64,000 nt of DNA from Deltaproteobacteria bacterium (GTDB lineage Bacteria; UBA10199; JACPAL01; JACOUP01), in assembly GCA_016177765.1 (NCBI GenBank), contig JACOUP010000008.1:65021-129020 (forward strand), written 5' to 3'. The translations under genes were made by a program, and so were the position numbers. A model generated the notes under the pieces. The model saw only the letters and a list, made by a program, of their open reading frames with translations. It had not been told where the DNA came from and made no database searches. Positions 42,020 through 52,494 of the stretch are shown piece after piece. The stretch's first letter is position 1. Every line of letters begins with the position of its first letter.

Positions 42020-43260
42020 AACCCAATATCCTTTCTGTAGCAAACCCCCTCCCACCGAATTTTGGAGATGGCACCATAAGCCCTCTGGCGCGCCGCCGCA
42101 AGATCTTTTGCAAGGGCGGTCACTCCAAGCACCCTCCCCCCGGAGGTCACGATTTCTCCCCGGTTTTGTTCGGTGCCGGCATGAAAGACAACCACCTCCG
42201 GTCCTGTCAAATCAAGGCCGGAGATCGGTTTTCCTCTCTCATAGGGACCGGGATAGCCCCCGGAAGCCATCACCACACAGACTGAGGTTTCTTCCTTCCA
42301 CCTCAGTTGTCGCCCCGACAATTTTCCCGAGAGAGAGGCCTCCACCAGATCAACAAGGTCATCCTCCAAGCGGGTCAAGATTACTTGAGCCTCCGGATCA
42401 CCAAAACGGACGTTGTATTCCAGGACAGTCGGCCCCTTTTCGGTCAGCATCAACCCGGCATAAAGAACCCCACGGAAGGAACGCCCCTCTTGTTCGAGTC
42501 CCTTCAGGGTTGGACCGATAATCCCCTCCATCACCCTGGCCTGCATCTTCTGGTCCAGGTAAGGGGATGGGCTAATCGCCCCCATTCCCCCGGTGTTGGG
42601 CCCTTGATCGGCATCCATCAATCGCTTGTGGTCTTTGGCGGTCGCCAGAGGAATCACCTGCTGGCCGCTGGCGAGGACCATAAACGAGGTCTCAATCCCC
42701 TTGAGACAATCCTCAACAATAACCTTCCGTCCTGCCACCCCTAACCCTTTTTGAATAAAAAGAAAATCGAGCGCCTCAAACGCCTCCCTCTTGGTCATGC
42801 AGACAAAGACCCCCTTGCCGGCGGCCAGACCATCGGCCTTGATCACAATAGGGACCCCTTCTCTTTCAACATACCTTCGCGCCGAGACAGGCTCCTCAAA
42901 AACCTGAAACCGGGCCGTCGGGATCTTGTGCCGCATCAGGAATTCCTTGGTGAAAACCTTGCTCCCCTCCAGAATCGCCGCCTCGGGTTTTGGGCCAAAA
43001 ACAGGAATTTTTTCCCTTTCAAAAAGGGGGACTATCCCTTCACAGAGAGGGGTTTCAGGACCAACAACGGTCAAGTCTATCTTTTCCTTTTTGGCAAATT
43101 CAAGGAGTCCCTTTAAATCTTCAGTTTTGATGGCGACTCGCCTGCCCTCCATACCGGCATTCCCTGGAGCCACATAAACCTTCTTGACCCTTGGACTCTG
43201 GGCTATTTTCCAGACCAGGGCATGCTCCCGACCTCCTGAACCAACAACAAGAACTTTCAT
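42016..43260 (-). CDS. purD: Phosphoribosylamine--glycine ligase
   Basis: MKVLVVGSGGREHALVWKIAQS… with an ATP-grasp domain. Confidence 0.9.
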   Translation of the reverse strand: MKVLVVGSGGREHALVWKIAQSPRVKKVYVAPGNAGMEGRRVAIKTEDLKGLLEFAKKEKIDLTVVGPETPLCEGIVPLFEREKIPVFGPKPEAAILEGSKVFTKEFLMRHKIPTARFQVFEEPVSARRYVEREGVPIVIKADGLAAGKGVFVCMTKREAFEALDFLFIQKGLGVAGRKVIVEDCLKGIETSFMVLASGQQVIPLATAKDHKRLMDADQGPNTGGMGAISPSPYLDQKMQARVMEGIIGPTLKGLEQEGRSFRGVLYAGLMLTEKGPTVLEYNVRFGDPEAQVILTRLEDDLVDLVEASLSGKLSGRQLRWKEETSVCVVMASGGYPGPYERGKPISGLDLTGPEVVVFHAGTEQNRGEIVTSGGRVLGVTALAKDLAAARQRAYGAISKIRWEGVCYRKDIGL

Positions 43261-43263
43261 AGG

Positions 43264-44808
43264 TTAGTGTCTGAAATGACGGATGCCGGTAAAGACCATA
43301 GCGATCCCCGCCTTATCTGCCGCTTCGATAGACTCCTGGTCTTTGATAGATCCCCCAGGTTGGATAATCGCTGTCACTCCAACTTTAGCAACCTCTTCCA
43401 CATTATCCTTGAACGGAAAAAAAGCGTCTGAGGCGAGGGCGGTTCCTTTTAAGGAACTCTTTGTTTTAATGATCGCAATCTTGGTAGAATCAATCCGGCT
43501 CATCTGGCCAGCGCCAATCCCAACCGTACACAACCTCTTGCCCTCTACAAAAACAATCGCATTCGATTTGACATGTTTCACCACCTTCCAGGCAAAAGAG
43601 AGGGCCTGCCACTCTTCTTCTGTCGGCCCCCGCCTTGTCACCACCTTCGCCTTTCGAATATCCTCCTGGCTCAAATCACTTTCTTGAACAAGCAATCCCC
43701 CCACCACTTTTTTAAAATCCAATCCGTTAAAAAATCCCCCTCTGTCCCCATTTTCCTCCAAAAGCCGGATGTTCTTTTTTCTCTTCAAAATTTCCAGCGC
43801 CTCCGGCTCAAATCCCGGGGTAATCACCGCCTCGTAAAAATCCTTGGCAATCTCCTGGGCCAACGGTTTATCAACGACCCTGTTGATGCCGATCACCCCT
43901 CCAAAGGCCGACAATGGGTCGCAATCGCGTGCCCTCACGAAAATTTCCTTTAATTCTCCCTCTCCCCCAACAGCCACCCCACACGGATTGTTATGCTTGA
44001 TAACCGCCACCGCCGGCTCCTGAAACTCACGAACCATCCCCAAGGCGGCATCAAGATCAAGGATATTATTGAAAGAAAGTTCTTTACCGTGAAGTTGTTT
44101 GGCAGTCGCTACCGACGGCACCGGATTCTGATCCCTGTAAAATGCCCCCTTTTGATGGGGGTTCTCACCATAACGAAGATCCTGAACTTTCCGAACATGG
44201 TAGTTGAAGGCCTCGGGAAAAAGGTTATCCTTCCCTCCAGTGAGGTAATTGGTAATCGCCCCGTCATACCGCGACATCAAGGCAAAGACCTTTTTGGCCA
44301 GCCGGAAATTGGTCTCGGACGAAACACCGGGCAACTCCCCAATGAGGGAAGGGTAATCTTCAGGGTCGACAACCACTGTTACATCCTGCCAGTTCTTGGC
44401 CGCCGCCCGGATCATCGTTGGCCCGCCGATATCAATCTGCTCAACAGCTTCTTCCAGCGAGACATTCGGTTTTGCTACCGTTTCCTCAAAGGGGTAGAGA
44501 TTAACCACGACAAGATCAATCAGTCCTATGTTTGACTTTTTGAGTTCCTCAAGGTGTTTCGCATTAGACCGGATCGCGAGGATCCCACCATGAATACGGG
44601 GATGGAGCGTCTTTAACCGTCCATCCAGAATTTCCGGCTGGCCGGTGTAGTCACCAACCTCAACCACCGGTATCTTGTTTTCTTTCAGGAATTTCGCCGT
44701 CCCCCCGGTGGAAAGGATTTCAATCCTGAGGGAGGCTAGCTTCTGGGCAAACGGAACCAGCCCATTCTTATTCGAAACGCTAATCAGGGCCCTTTTAATG
44801 ACTGGCAT
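43264..44808 (-). CDS. purH: Bifunctional AICAR transformylase / IMP cyclohydrolase
   Basis: MPVIKRALISVSNKNGLVPFA… (MGS-like domain) plus an AICARFT domain. 514 aa. Confidence 0.9.
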   Translation of the reverse strand: MPVIKRALISVSNKNGLVPFAQKLASLRIEILSTGGTAKFLKENKIPVVEVGDYTGQPEILDGRLKTLHPRIHGGILAIRSNAKHLEELKKSNIGLIDLVVVNLYPFEETVAKPNVSLEEAVEQIDIGGPTMIRAAAKNWQDVTVVVDPEDYPSLIGELPGVSSETNFRLAKKVFALMSRYDGAITNYLTGGKDNLFPEAFNYHVRKVQDLRYGENPHQKGAFYRDQNPVPSVATAKQLHGKELSFNNILDLDAALGMVREFQEPAVAVIKHNNPCGVAVGGEGELKEIFVRARDCDPLSAFGGVIGINRVVDKPLAQEIAKDFYEAVITPGFEPEALEILKRKKNIRLLEENGDRGGFFNGLDFKKVVGGLLVQESDLSQEDIRKAKVVTRRGPTEEEWQALSFAWKVVKHVKSNAIVFVEGKRLCTVGIGAGQMSRIDSTKIAIIKTKSSLKGTALASDAFFPFKDNVEEVAKVGVTAIIQPGGSIKDQESIEAADKAGIAMVFTGIRHFRH

Positions 44809-44850
44809 AGGGGCCTCTTCTTACCGCAAAATAAAAATTGCGCAATAGGG

Positions 44851-46242
44851 TTATGAAATCGCCTGACTGCGGATCAAGGATGGCTTTCTGGGAAGGGTAA
44901 AGTAAAACTCACTTCCAAAACCAACCTGGGACTCAACCCAGATACGACCGCCATGGAGCTCCACGATCTTCTTGGCCACGGCCAGTCCAAGACCGGCACC
45001 TGCCGCACCCCCCCTCTGGAGGGTTTCTCCGGCCTGCCCAAATTCCTCAAAAATCTTCTGCCGATCTTCGGGAAAAATTCCGCGTCCCGTGTCTTTGACA
45101 CAAAATTTGACCATCTCCCCTGCTTTTTCCGTACGGACTTCAATCGTCCCCCGCTCCGTATGCTGAACCGCATTCTCCAGAATCCTTCTTAACAGATCTG
45201 AAATCAATTCCTCATCACCGTAAACCCAAGTGGATTGGAGTTTTTGAAACCATCGTATTCCCCTTTCCTTCATCTGCGGCTTTAGAGAAAGAAGAACTTC
45301 GTTTAAGAGACGGGCCAGATCCATTTTTTTGATCGGCATCTCCCGGGAGGTTTTCTCGATCGATGAAATATTCAAAATAGTCTCAATAATGCCCAAAAGC
45401 CTTTGCCCTGCTTCCCGCACCATCTGCAAATGACCCTTCTGTCCTTCCGTCACCGGTCCGTCAATCCCTTCCGCCATTGCCTGGGCAAGACCGATAATGT
45501 TGTGGAGGGGGGTGGTTAATTCGTGGGTGGTGCTGGCGAGAAAACCGTTTTTGAGTTGGGAGAGTTCCTTGAGACGGGTGTTCTGTCTTAAGATTTCTTC
45601 ATAGAGAAAGGCATTTTCGATGGAGATGGTAATCTCTTGCGACAGGAGCAAAAGCAGGTCCCGATCTTCTTCGTCATAATCCACCTCTCTGCGGCCAAGA
45701 CTGATCAATCCGAAAAGACCCGAGGCGTGATCCGCCCGAGGACGGATCAAAGGGACAAGGATCTCCGCTTGAAGTTCCATGTAGAGCCGCAAGGCGGCGC
45801 TTCGGAGATCACTAAAAAGAGCCTCTCCGGTCATTTCCTCCTTTTGGAGCGGTCTGCCCCATTGGGCCAGTTTTTTAAGAAAGGGGTGATCGATCGGGAT
45901 GCAGTAGGAAAGGGGGGAACGGATCACCGCCGCCTTCAGGACAAACTGGCCTGTGGTCTCATCTCTCAGGAGAAGAGCCGCCCCCTGGGCATTGAACAGG
46001 CGACGGAGCGTCTCGGTAACCCTCGTAAACAGTTCTGACGGTTTTTGGAGAGAACGAATCGGGGAAAACGAGTCGCGAAAGACCTTTTTGTAATCGTGTT
46101 TTTCCCGTTGGGTGATCCTTGTTAAAATTCTCCGTAGGGCCACGTTGGTCGTATTGTAATGGAAAAAGAAGGAGGCCGCAAACTTAAAACTACTGGCAGT
46201 TGTCTTGACCGGACTGGTAACAGAACTCCAGGTCGAAACCAA
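44851..46242 (-). CDS. Sensor histidine kinase with N-terminal GAF-like domain (no adjacent response regulator)
   Basis: H-box HELTTPLHNIIGLAQAM and an HATPase_c domain with N/G1/G2 boxes (…GRGIFPED…GAGLGLAVAKK…). The start is uncertain; the tracked ORF overlaps the next gene by 52 bp. Confidence 0.7.
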   Translation of the reverse strand: MVSTWSSVTSPVKTTASSFKFAASFFFHYNTTNVALRRILTRITQREKHDYKKVFRDSFSPIRSLQKPSELFTRVTETLRRLFNAQGAALLLRDETTGQFVLKAAVIRSPLSYCIPIDHPFLKKLAQWGRPLQKEEMTGEALFSDLRSAALRLYMELQAEILVPLIRPRADHASGLFGLISLGRREVDYDEEDRDLLLLLSQEITISIENAFLYEEILRQNTRLKELSQLKNGFLASTTHELTTPLHNIIGLAQAMAEGIDGPVTEGQKGHLQMVREAGQRLLGIIETILNISSIEKTSREMPIKKMDLARLLNEVLLSLKPQMKERGIRWFQKLQSTWVYGDEELISDLLRRILENAVQHTERGTIEVRTEKAGEMVKFCVKDTGRGIFPEDRQKIFEEFGQAGETLQRGGAAGAGLGLAVAKKIVELHGGRIWVESQVGFGSEFYFTLPRKPSLIRSQAIS

Positions 46243-49200
46243 GCCCCAGGGATCGTGGGGCGAAGGGGGTCATTTCAATAACAGGGGTGTGGATTTCGAC
46301 ATCCAGGATATTGAATTTTTCAAGGTTGTCGATCAGCTCCTCATTATCCTTGACCGTCTGGGAGACCTCTTCACCATGCTCTATAGCATCCAACCGGTCG
46401 TCACCGGTTGTTTCCCGGAGCTCGTCGATCGGGCGTGAGGGGATATTGACCTTGATCGTCTTCGGCTTTCCAATCGTGAGTGTCGAGAGGGCTGAATTAA
46501 TCTTGTCCGTAACCCCTTGAGAAACCTGATGATCCGAATACAGGGAATTATTAGAACGGATCAAATTTCCACGGGTATCGACCGTATCCTCAATGAGGGA
46601 TAATTTGAGATACGATTTTTCCTTGTCTGTAGTCAATGACGAAGCCCCAGGGACGGTTGCCAAGCCCGCTACCAACTCATACTCACCGTCTCTATTGGGA
46701 GTCGTCACCATCTGCAGGGTGAAAGTCAATTTTCCGGAAAGCGAGAATCGGGCCAGCGGCTTTTTCCCTTCTTCATGCTGGCACTCTGCCAGTTCGCTCA
46801 AGGCCTCGACACCTTGATGGCACCAGGAGAGCTTCATCCCGGTCCCATCCTCTTCAAAAACGGAAAGGATCGCGTTGGAGAGACCAACCTCAAGCTGGGC
46901 AGTGATCACCGGGGGGACCCCAGAACCGGTGTCGTGGGCGTCGGAACTGTTCAATAGTTTGGCAGTGATTCCTAGCCGGGGGTTCAGTGAAAGATGGAGA
47001 AGGAGCGGCGTCTGACCATCCTTCTCATCGGCAACAGCCCCGTCACCGTTAAAATCGATATCCGGAAACGCATTGGTTCCCAACACCTGCTCAATATTCA
47101 GGTCCAGTGGGAAACAAGGGGCCTTGTCCACACAACGACAGCTGTCCGGATCAATCACCTTGCCGTTGCGACAGCTCTTCTCACCGCAATTCGGGGCCGA
47201 ATAGCGAAAGAGAGTTCCCTCTTTAACAATAAATCCCTCTTCCTCATCCCGAACGCGACCCTCTTTGTCGCGGCAAACCTTGCCTGCTTCTTCATAGTCA
47301 TTCACGGCCTGGTCAAAATCATCCCTCAATTTTTTCTTGCTGATGTCCAGGAACGTCGGGTCATCCTTATCCACCTGGTAAAGAGCGGTGTTCACGGTAT
47401 GCAGGACCATGTTCAAGGCCTCTTCATTGAGACTGATCCCCAGTTCCCGACCAAGGTCGCGGAGGGCATCAGGTGGCTGTTGGGCCAGACGGTTGGCCTT
47501 GGGTTCCTCATAGAGGGGACCAAAGGTGCCCAGATTGCCAAAGCCTTCCCGTCGGAGGCGTGAGGCCAGCCCTTCCATGAAGGTCTTGGCATCCTTTTCG
47601 GTCGTATCCCCTTCGTCATAGACACCGGCCGGCAGGATCAAGGCAGGGGCCGACAAACCAAGCCCCCCTCGGGTAGAAACAGGGTCTCCCGGCGGGATCA
47701 CCCTCACCTCACTCGCCATAAAATCGGAGTAGAGGTCAAAGAAAAACTCCTTGCCAAGCCCCTTGAACGAGAACTGCTGGACCCGGTCGGTCTTGAACCG
47801 ACCCATCGACTGAGACAGGCGGTTGGGGACGTTACAGGTCAGCATATTTTCCAGGGTTGATTTCAGTTGTTGCCAGGCATGTTGGTTCAGGCAGGTGGTA
47901 TCCAGTCCGGAATTGTTCAGGCCGGCATCCAGTCTTTGCAGGGCACGACATTGACGCCGATTAATCGGTTGATGAGTACCGTTTTCATCCGGGGTCAGCA
48001 TTTTAGGACGATCACAATCAAAGGCGATGGGACGATGCTCCAACCCCTGAAAGGAAACAATCGGCCAGCCCCCCCCTTCATCGACAATCTGATTAATCTT
48101 TGGCTTGATCCTCCCCCCTTCTTTGGCCAATTCCAGTTCCAGATTGAGCGTCAACCCCGTCAGCTGGACCTTGATCGGTATTGGGCCGACATCCAGACAG
48201 CGGTCACCCACAATCCGTCCCCCCTGTCGGTAGAGACTCCCTCCCCTTAAGGATGAGTCATAAGACTTCCCCTTGATATTATCGTAGTCGTCATCCATTT
48301 TCTGACCATCGGCATCAAGCGGGGCAGTGCACTTCTGACCCCCGGCCCCCTCCGTAGTCCCCTTGTCATCACAAAGACCGTCATTATCATCATCAATATC
48401 GGTTCCCGGATCGGCACGACCATCCCCATCGGTGTCGTCAAACATCATCGTAAACATATCTCCCCTCGCCTCTAAACGATCCAAATTGAGGGTCAGCCAG
48501 ACCCTGTTCCGATTCAGGAGATAGAGACTACGAATCTTAAAATTGCCAACAGTCGGGTATTGGTCACGATCGGTCAGCGGGTAGAGTTTGAAGGTTTTCA
48601 CAAAATCCTGCGTGGTATCGTCGTACGGATCATGATCATTCCCCTGGCACTGCAACACCTCGGAAGCCATTGGCTGGACCGGATCGAACACCTTCAAGAA
48701 GGTCTCCTGCTTGAATTCATCGGAGTTTAAGACCTTCTCAAGGGCTGACTTCAGGTCACCATCTCCATTCCCCTCAATAAATGGTTGGGAGATAAAGGCG
48801 GAAAGGGAGCGTTGGAGCTGTTGCCCGGCAACAGTGCCATCTTCGTTGAGGAGACTGTGGATCTTTCCGAGACCAAAAGACTCGGTCTTTTCCGTCAGGT
48901 TGCCACACTGATCATAGGCGTTGAAGGTGACGGTTGTCACCGGAAACCCAAAATTCTTTCTGCCGAGCCGGGCCTGAAAATGCCCATTCCCCTCCACACG
49001 ACACATCCCGGTCAAGAGCTGTTGAAGAGTCCCGTCCCCCCCCTTTTTCTGTCTATTCCCCTTCTGGAGACAAATAGTATTGGGGACAACGGCAGCCCCA
49101 GGGATATTGGGGCAGTCGTCTTTATCGGACCGGGTGTCATTCAGACAATCTTCAGGGGCTATCGGAAAATCGGTCTCGGTGGAACCGTTCAGGCATTTTT

Positions 49201-50365
49201 TAAAGGCGATATCAACAAGGATATCCTCCACCCCCTCAGTGATCGGCTTGCCGTTCATCGGCCCCGCCCCGAGTTTCCTCCCGTCAGCGGAAAGATAGGT
49301 TACACAGAGGTCTGGTCCCTTGAGGGCGTTCTGAAAAGGGAGTATTTTGATCGTCGGTTTCGGTTCGGAAGGGTTCCTATCTGTGGCCCCATTGGTGGCA
49401 ACGAGGGTGATCTCATTCTCCCCATCCCCCAGGGGTAATTCCACCAGGTGTCCCTGATTCTGATTTCCACAAGAACCTATTTCACGAACCGACTGGTAAT
49501 ATTCTTTCTTTAAATCGGTGCCTGAAATTCGTGAATGGTAACTATTTTTGACGCTACCTGTAACCGAGGCCATCGGCGTATCCGTTCCATCATCGGCGTA
49601 GACACAAACCTGCAGGCGGGCTGAATGGAGCCTGTCCGGTGTCTCCGTGCATCCTGAGGGGGAAGAAACAGTGAGCTGATAATCGTCCCCTCCGGAAGGA
49701 TTGAAAGTCACTCGCTGGTCAGGAGACCCACTACCCAGAGAGATACCCCCCCCACAGGCCAGATTGGGTGACCCGTCAGGCATCGGATTGCACGGATCAA
49801 CAGACAGGGTAGGAATCTTGTCCCGAGTCACCGTCCTCTCCACCAGGGCATCCGGCTCCTCTTCCCCTGTGTCAGAAATAAAACTGGCGATGACCCGAAT
49901 GGTATACCGGCCTGTGAAGGGAAGAAGGGCGGAGGAGGCAAAGGCCCCGTCGGTATCGATGTCACGAACCGTATCCAGGATAGTCTGCGTGCAACCGGCC
50001 TGCTGATCCTGAGGCCCCTGACAAACCGCCGGATTTCTCTGATCCGGGGTCCGTTCGGCATAAATGTTGATCCCGGTAAACCTTTCATCAAAGGGTCGGA
50101 GCATCCCGGCAATCTGGACAGATCCTTCGGAGGTCCTGTAATTGTCCTGGGGTTCTGCAAGACAAAGATGGCCCCCGATGAATTTACTCTCATCCGGTCG
50201 GCCATCGGCATTGAGGCAATACTCGCGAGCCGTTATCCAGAGTTCCTGCCTGGTCTTTTTTGGGGATGATTTGGAACTGAAAAAACTTTTCACACCGCTA
50301 CAGGCGGAGAGTCCCAGACCGAAGACCACCAGGATAACAGTCAAACTGTAGAATCTTTTTTTCAT
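46190..50365 (-). CDS. Giant predicted lipoprotein with thrombospondin-type-3-like Ca-binding Asp-rich repeats and Cys-rich modules
   Basis: Lipoprotein signal MKKRFYSLTVILVVFGLGLSACSG. Repeat DTDGDGRADPGTDIDDDNDGLCDD… About 1390 aa. Confidence 0.6.
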   Translation of the reverse strand: MKKRFYSLTVILVVFGLGLSACSGVKSFFSSKSSPKKTRQELWITAREYCLNADGRPDESKFIGGHLCLAEPQDNYRTSEGSVQIAGMLRPFDERFTGINIYAERTPDQRNPAVCQGPQDQQAGCTQTILDTVRDIDTDGAFASSALLPFTGRYTIRVIASFISDTGEEEPDALVERTVTRDKIPTLSVDPCNPMPDGSPNLACGGGISLGSGSPDQRVTFNPSGGDDYQLTVSSPSGCTETPDRLHSARLQVCVYADDGTDTPMASVTGSVKNSYHSRISGTDLKKEYYQSVREIGSCGNQNQGHLVELPLGDGENEITLVATNGATDRNPSEPKPTIKILPFQNALKGPDLCVTYLSADGRKLGAGPMNGKPITEGVEDILVDIAFKKCLNGSTETDFPIAPEDCLNDTRSDKDDCPNIPGAAVVPNTICLQKGNRQKKGGDGTLQQLLTGMCRVEGNGHFQARLGRKNFGFPVTTVTFNAYDQCGNLTEKTESFGLGKIHSLLNEDGTVAGQQLQRSLSAFISQPFIEGNGDGDLKSALEKVLNSDEFKQETFLKVFDPVQPMASEVLQCQGNDHDPYDDTTQDFVKTFKLYPLTDRDQYPTVGNFKIRSLYLLNRNRVWLTLNLDRLEARGDMFTMMFDDTDGDGRADPGTDIDDDNDGLCDDKGTTEGAGGQKCTAPLDADGQKMDDDYDNIKGKSYDSSLRGGSLYRQGGRIVGDRCLDVGPIPIKVQLTGLTLNLELELAKEGGRIKPKINQIVDEGGGWPIVSFQGLEHRPIAFDCDRPKMLTPDENGTHQPINRRQCRALQRLDAGLNNSGLDTTCLNQHAWQQLKSTLENMLTCNVPNRLSQSMGRFKTDRVQQFSFKGLGKEFFFDLYSDFMASEVRVIPPGDPVSTRGGLGLSAPALILPAGVYDEGDTTEKDAKTFMEGLASRLRREGFGNLGTFGPLYEEPKANRLAQQPPDALRDLGRELGISLNEEALNMVLHTVNTALYQVDKDDPTFLDISKKKLRDDFDQAVNDYEEAGKVCRDKEGRVRDEEEGFIVKEGTLFRYSAPNCGEKSCRNGKVIDPDSCRCVDKAPCFPLDLNIEQVLGTNAFPDIDFNGDGAVADEKDGQTPLLLHLSLNPRLGITAKLLNSSDAHDTGSGVPPVITAQLEVGLSNAILSVFEEDGTGMKLSWCHQGVEALSELAECQHEEGKKPLARFSLSGKLTFTLQMVTTPNRDGEYELVAGLATVPGASSLTTDKEKSYLKLSLIEDTVDTRGNLIRSNNSLYSDHQVSQGVTDKINSALSTLTIGKPKTIKVNIPSRPIDELRETTGDDRLDAIEHGEEVSQTVKDNEELIDNLEKFNILDVEIHTPVIEMTPFAPRSLGLGFDLEFCYQSGQDNCQ

Positions 50366-50383
50366 AGTAGATCTCATGCCTCG

Positions 50384-51568
50384 TTATTCCGAAACCTTTT
50401 TCCAAACGTAAATGACCCCGTCTTTGGCATATTCAAGGGCAACGGCGCTCAGAGCGCCCGTCGCACCGATCATCGCCGCATCATAATTTCTGTGGTCTCC
50501 TTCAGCGACGGCCACCGCCACAACAGCCGCCCCAAAAACGGTCAGGCGGGTGGCATGTTTGTTATTACCCCCAGTGATGACATCGGCAACACCGCCGGCA
50601 AATACCGGTACCGCCTGAGCTAACGCGGCATCAGCCGCTGGGCCGTCTGAAGCAAGCCCATAAACAATCTGGGCCCCGTTTTTGACCCCAACAACAGCCC
50701 AGGTAACCAGCCGACCCTCCTCCCAGCTCCCTTCCATCGCCTCTAACTCCGCCTCAACCCCGGGGCGGCTGGCGAGAACTCCCTCAAGGACGGCTAATTT
50801 AGAGGCGTCGGGGGCAAAGGCGCCGATCTCTCGTGTGTCCGCGACCCCTTGGGCTACCCGATGCACCACCATGGCAGAAACCAGCGACCGGGCGTAGAGA
50901 TGGGAGAGTTCCCTGAAACTGAGGACCCCTCCCCTCTTCCCTGCCGCTTCAGTCGCTTGACCAGCGTTGAAATCACCACCCGCGGTTAACATAAAAGTAG
51001 TGTCTCGAGTGGGAAGCCGGTCCGCATAAGGGGCATCCGCATGCCGGATGGGAGTTTCGGTGAGAAGTTCAGCCCCCACGTAGGGAGAAACCCCACCTAG
51101 TTCGGGCCCCCTCAACTGATAGCCAGAACTAAGCATAGCAGAGACAACCCCGGTGTCTCCTACCTCTGTTCGGTACGCCCCCCAGGCGAGCCGTGCCGAG
51201 TCGGTCCCGTCCAGATGAACGATACCTCTAAAATTCCCCACTGGGGTGGCCCGGTTCGATCCCAAGACGCCCCGGATTTCTGGTTTAGCCTCGAGGCCAC
51301 GGATATTGCCCCTCCGATCGGTCACAGGGAAGGAACTGAGGTCCCCCCCCGGTTTCACCTGGAGCCGAACATCAAAACCGGTCCTCTCTTCACAACTGCC
51401 AATCCTGGCACCGATATCAACGGGAATAAATCCAGGTTCGGTAAGCGCGGCAACGGTGGCATTTCCTTTGGCCTCGGACCCTGCCATCGAACCAAAAAAA
51501 CCGGCCGCGGTTTCTCTCATGAAACCACCGCCGCTATACTCCAGTCTCTGAACGCAAGGCCAACCCAT
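50384..51568 (-). CDS. Hypothetical Gly/Ala-rich protein, translationally coupled to the upstream gene
   Basis: 394-aa ORF whose start abuts the stop of 51569..52435. No recognisable family. Confidence 0.45.
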   Translation of the reverse strand: MGWPCVQRLEYSGGGFMRETAAGFFGSMAGSEAKGNATVAALTEPGFIPVDIGARIGSCEERTGFDVRLQVKPGGDLSSFPVTDRRGNIRGLEAKPEIRGVLGSNRATPVGNFRGIVHLDGTDSARLAWGAYRTEVGDTGVVSAMLSSGYQLRGPELGGVSPYVGAELLTETPIRHADAPYADRLPTRDTTFMLTAGGDFNAGQATEAAGKRGGVLSFRELSHLYARSLVSAMVVHRVAQGVADTREIGAFAPDASKLAVLEGVLASRPGVEAELEAMEGSWEEGRLVTWAVVGVKNGAQIVYGLASDGPAADAALAQAVPVFAGGVADVITGGNNKHATRLTVFGAAVVAVAVAEGDHRNYDAAMIGATGALSAVALEYAKDGVIYVWKKVSE

Positions 51569-52435
51569 TTAGTGATCCCCCCGATACCGATGAACGGTGA
51601 CGGTTGCCGTATACCCATCCGGATTGACCATGCTGGCCGATCCTGAATCCTCTGACAGCTCGACCGGGCCGACCTGGCAGGCGGCATCATCATCCACAGA
51701 AACCTCATTGGTGAAATCACCCTTCGCCTGACAAACCGTCAAAGCCCCTTCCTGTTGATACAGGGAAAAAACGCAACGGCCATCGACATCCTCAAGTGTT
51801 AATCCGTCGAGAACCCCATTGACAAGGGTCCCGCTGACAAACAATTGTTCCGTTGATTTGGATTGAAGGAGGCTCGCCTCCACCTCTAAGGCCTCAGCCT
51901 CATCCTGAAGTTCTTGAGCCCTGGCCCGTTCTTCTTCGTTGGCATCCGGGTTACTCCTGATTTCCTGGGCTTCGTCTTTCAGCTCCTTAATATGACTGAG
52001 CGTCGTGTCGGCCACATTTTGCGGGAGACAGGCGGCATGCCACCGGGCAACGCCGGAGAAGGCAAGACCGCCGGAGTCGGCGCTGGCATAGGCCAGATTG
52101 GTCACATCAAACTGCTGGGCCGCCGCAGGATCTCCCCCTTGGATCAAAAGGGTAAAAGACTGATAATCATTGGCTTGACGGGTTGCCGCCGGACCTGTCG
52201 TCGGGTCCTCAGAACGATCAACACCAACATTGGGATCTCTGTCTCTGGCAGAAGGCTCCGGGTGCGGAGGCAGACCGGTCTCTTCAACCTTGTCGTCGCC
52301 ACACTTGACAGCCATTGCCCCAAAGGCACAACCAACCCCAATCCCGGCAAGGACACCAGGACCTGTCTCCCAAGTCAAGGCGGCCCCCCCGGCAGCACCC
52401 AGGAGACACCCCCCTAAATTGAACTCATTGCCCAT
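51569..52435 (-). CDS. Hypothetical protein with N-terminal glycine-zipper-like membrane segment and acidic coiled-coil region
   Basis: N-terminus GGCLLGAAGGAALTWETGPGVLAGIGVGCAFGAMAV, then a D/E-rich region. Confidence 0.45.
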   Translation of the reverse strand: MGNEFNLGGCLLGAAGGAALTWETGPGVLAGIGVGCAFGAMAVKCGDDKVEETGLPPHPEPSARDRDPNVGVDRSEDPTTGPAATRQANDYQSFTLLIQGGDPAAAQQFDVTNLAYASADSGGLAFSGVARWHAACLPQNVADTTLSHIKELKDEAQEIRSNPDANEEERARAQELQDEAEALEVEASLLQSKSTEQLFVSGTLVNGVLDGLTLEDVDGRCVFSLYQQEGALTVCQAKGDFTNEVSVDDDAACQVGPVELSEDSGSASMVNPDGYTATVTVHRYRGDH

Positions 52436-52494
52436 TGAACTTCCCCCCTCTACTCAGAATTATCGGTACCCTCATGAAAAGGTTGCCCTCAAAA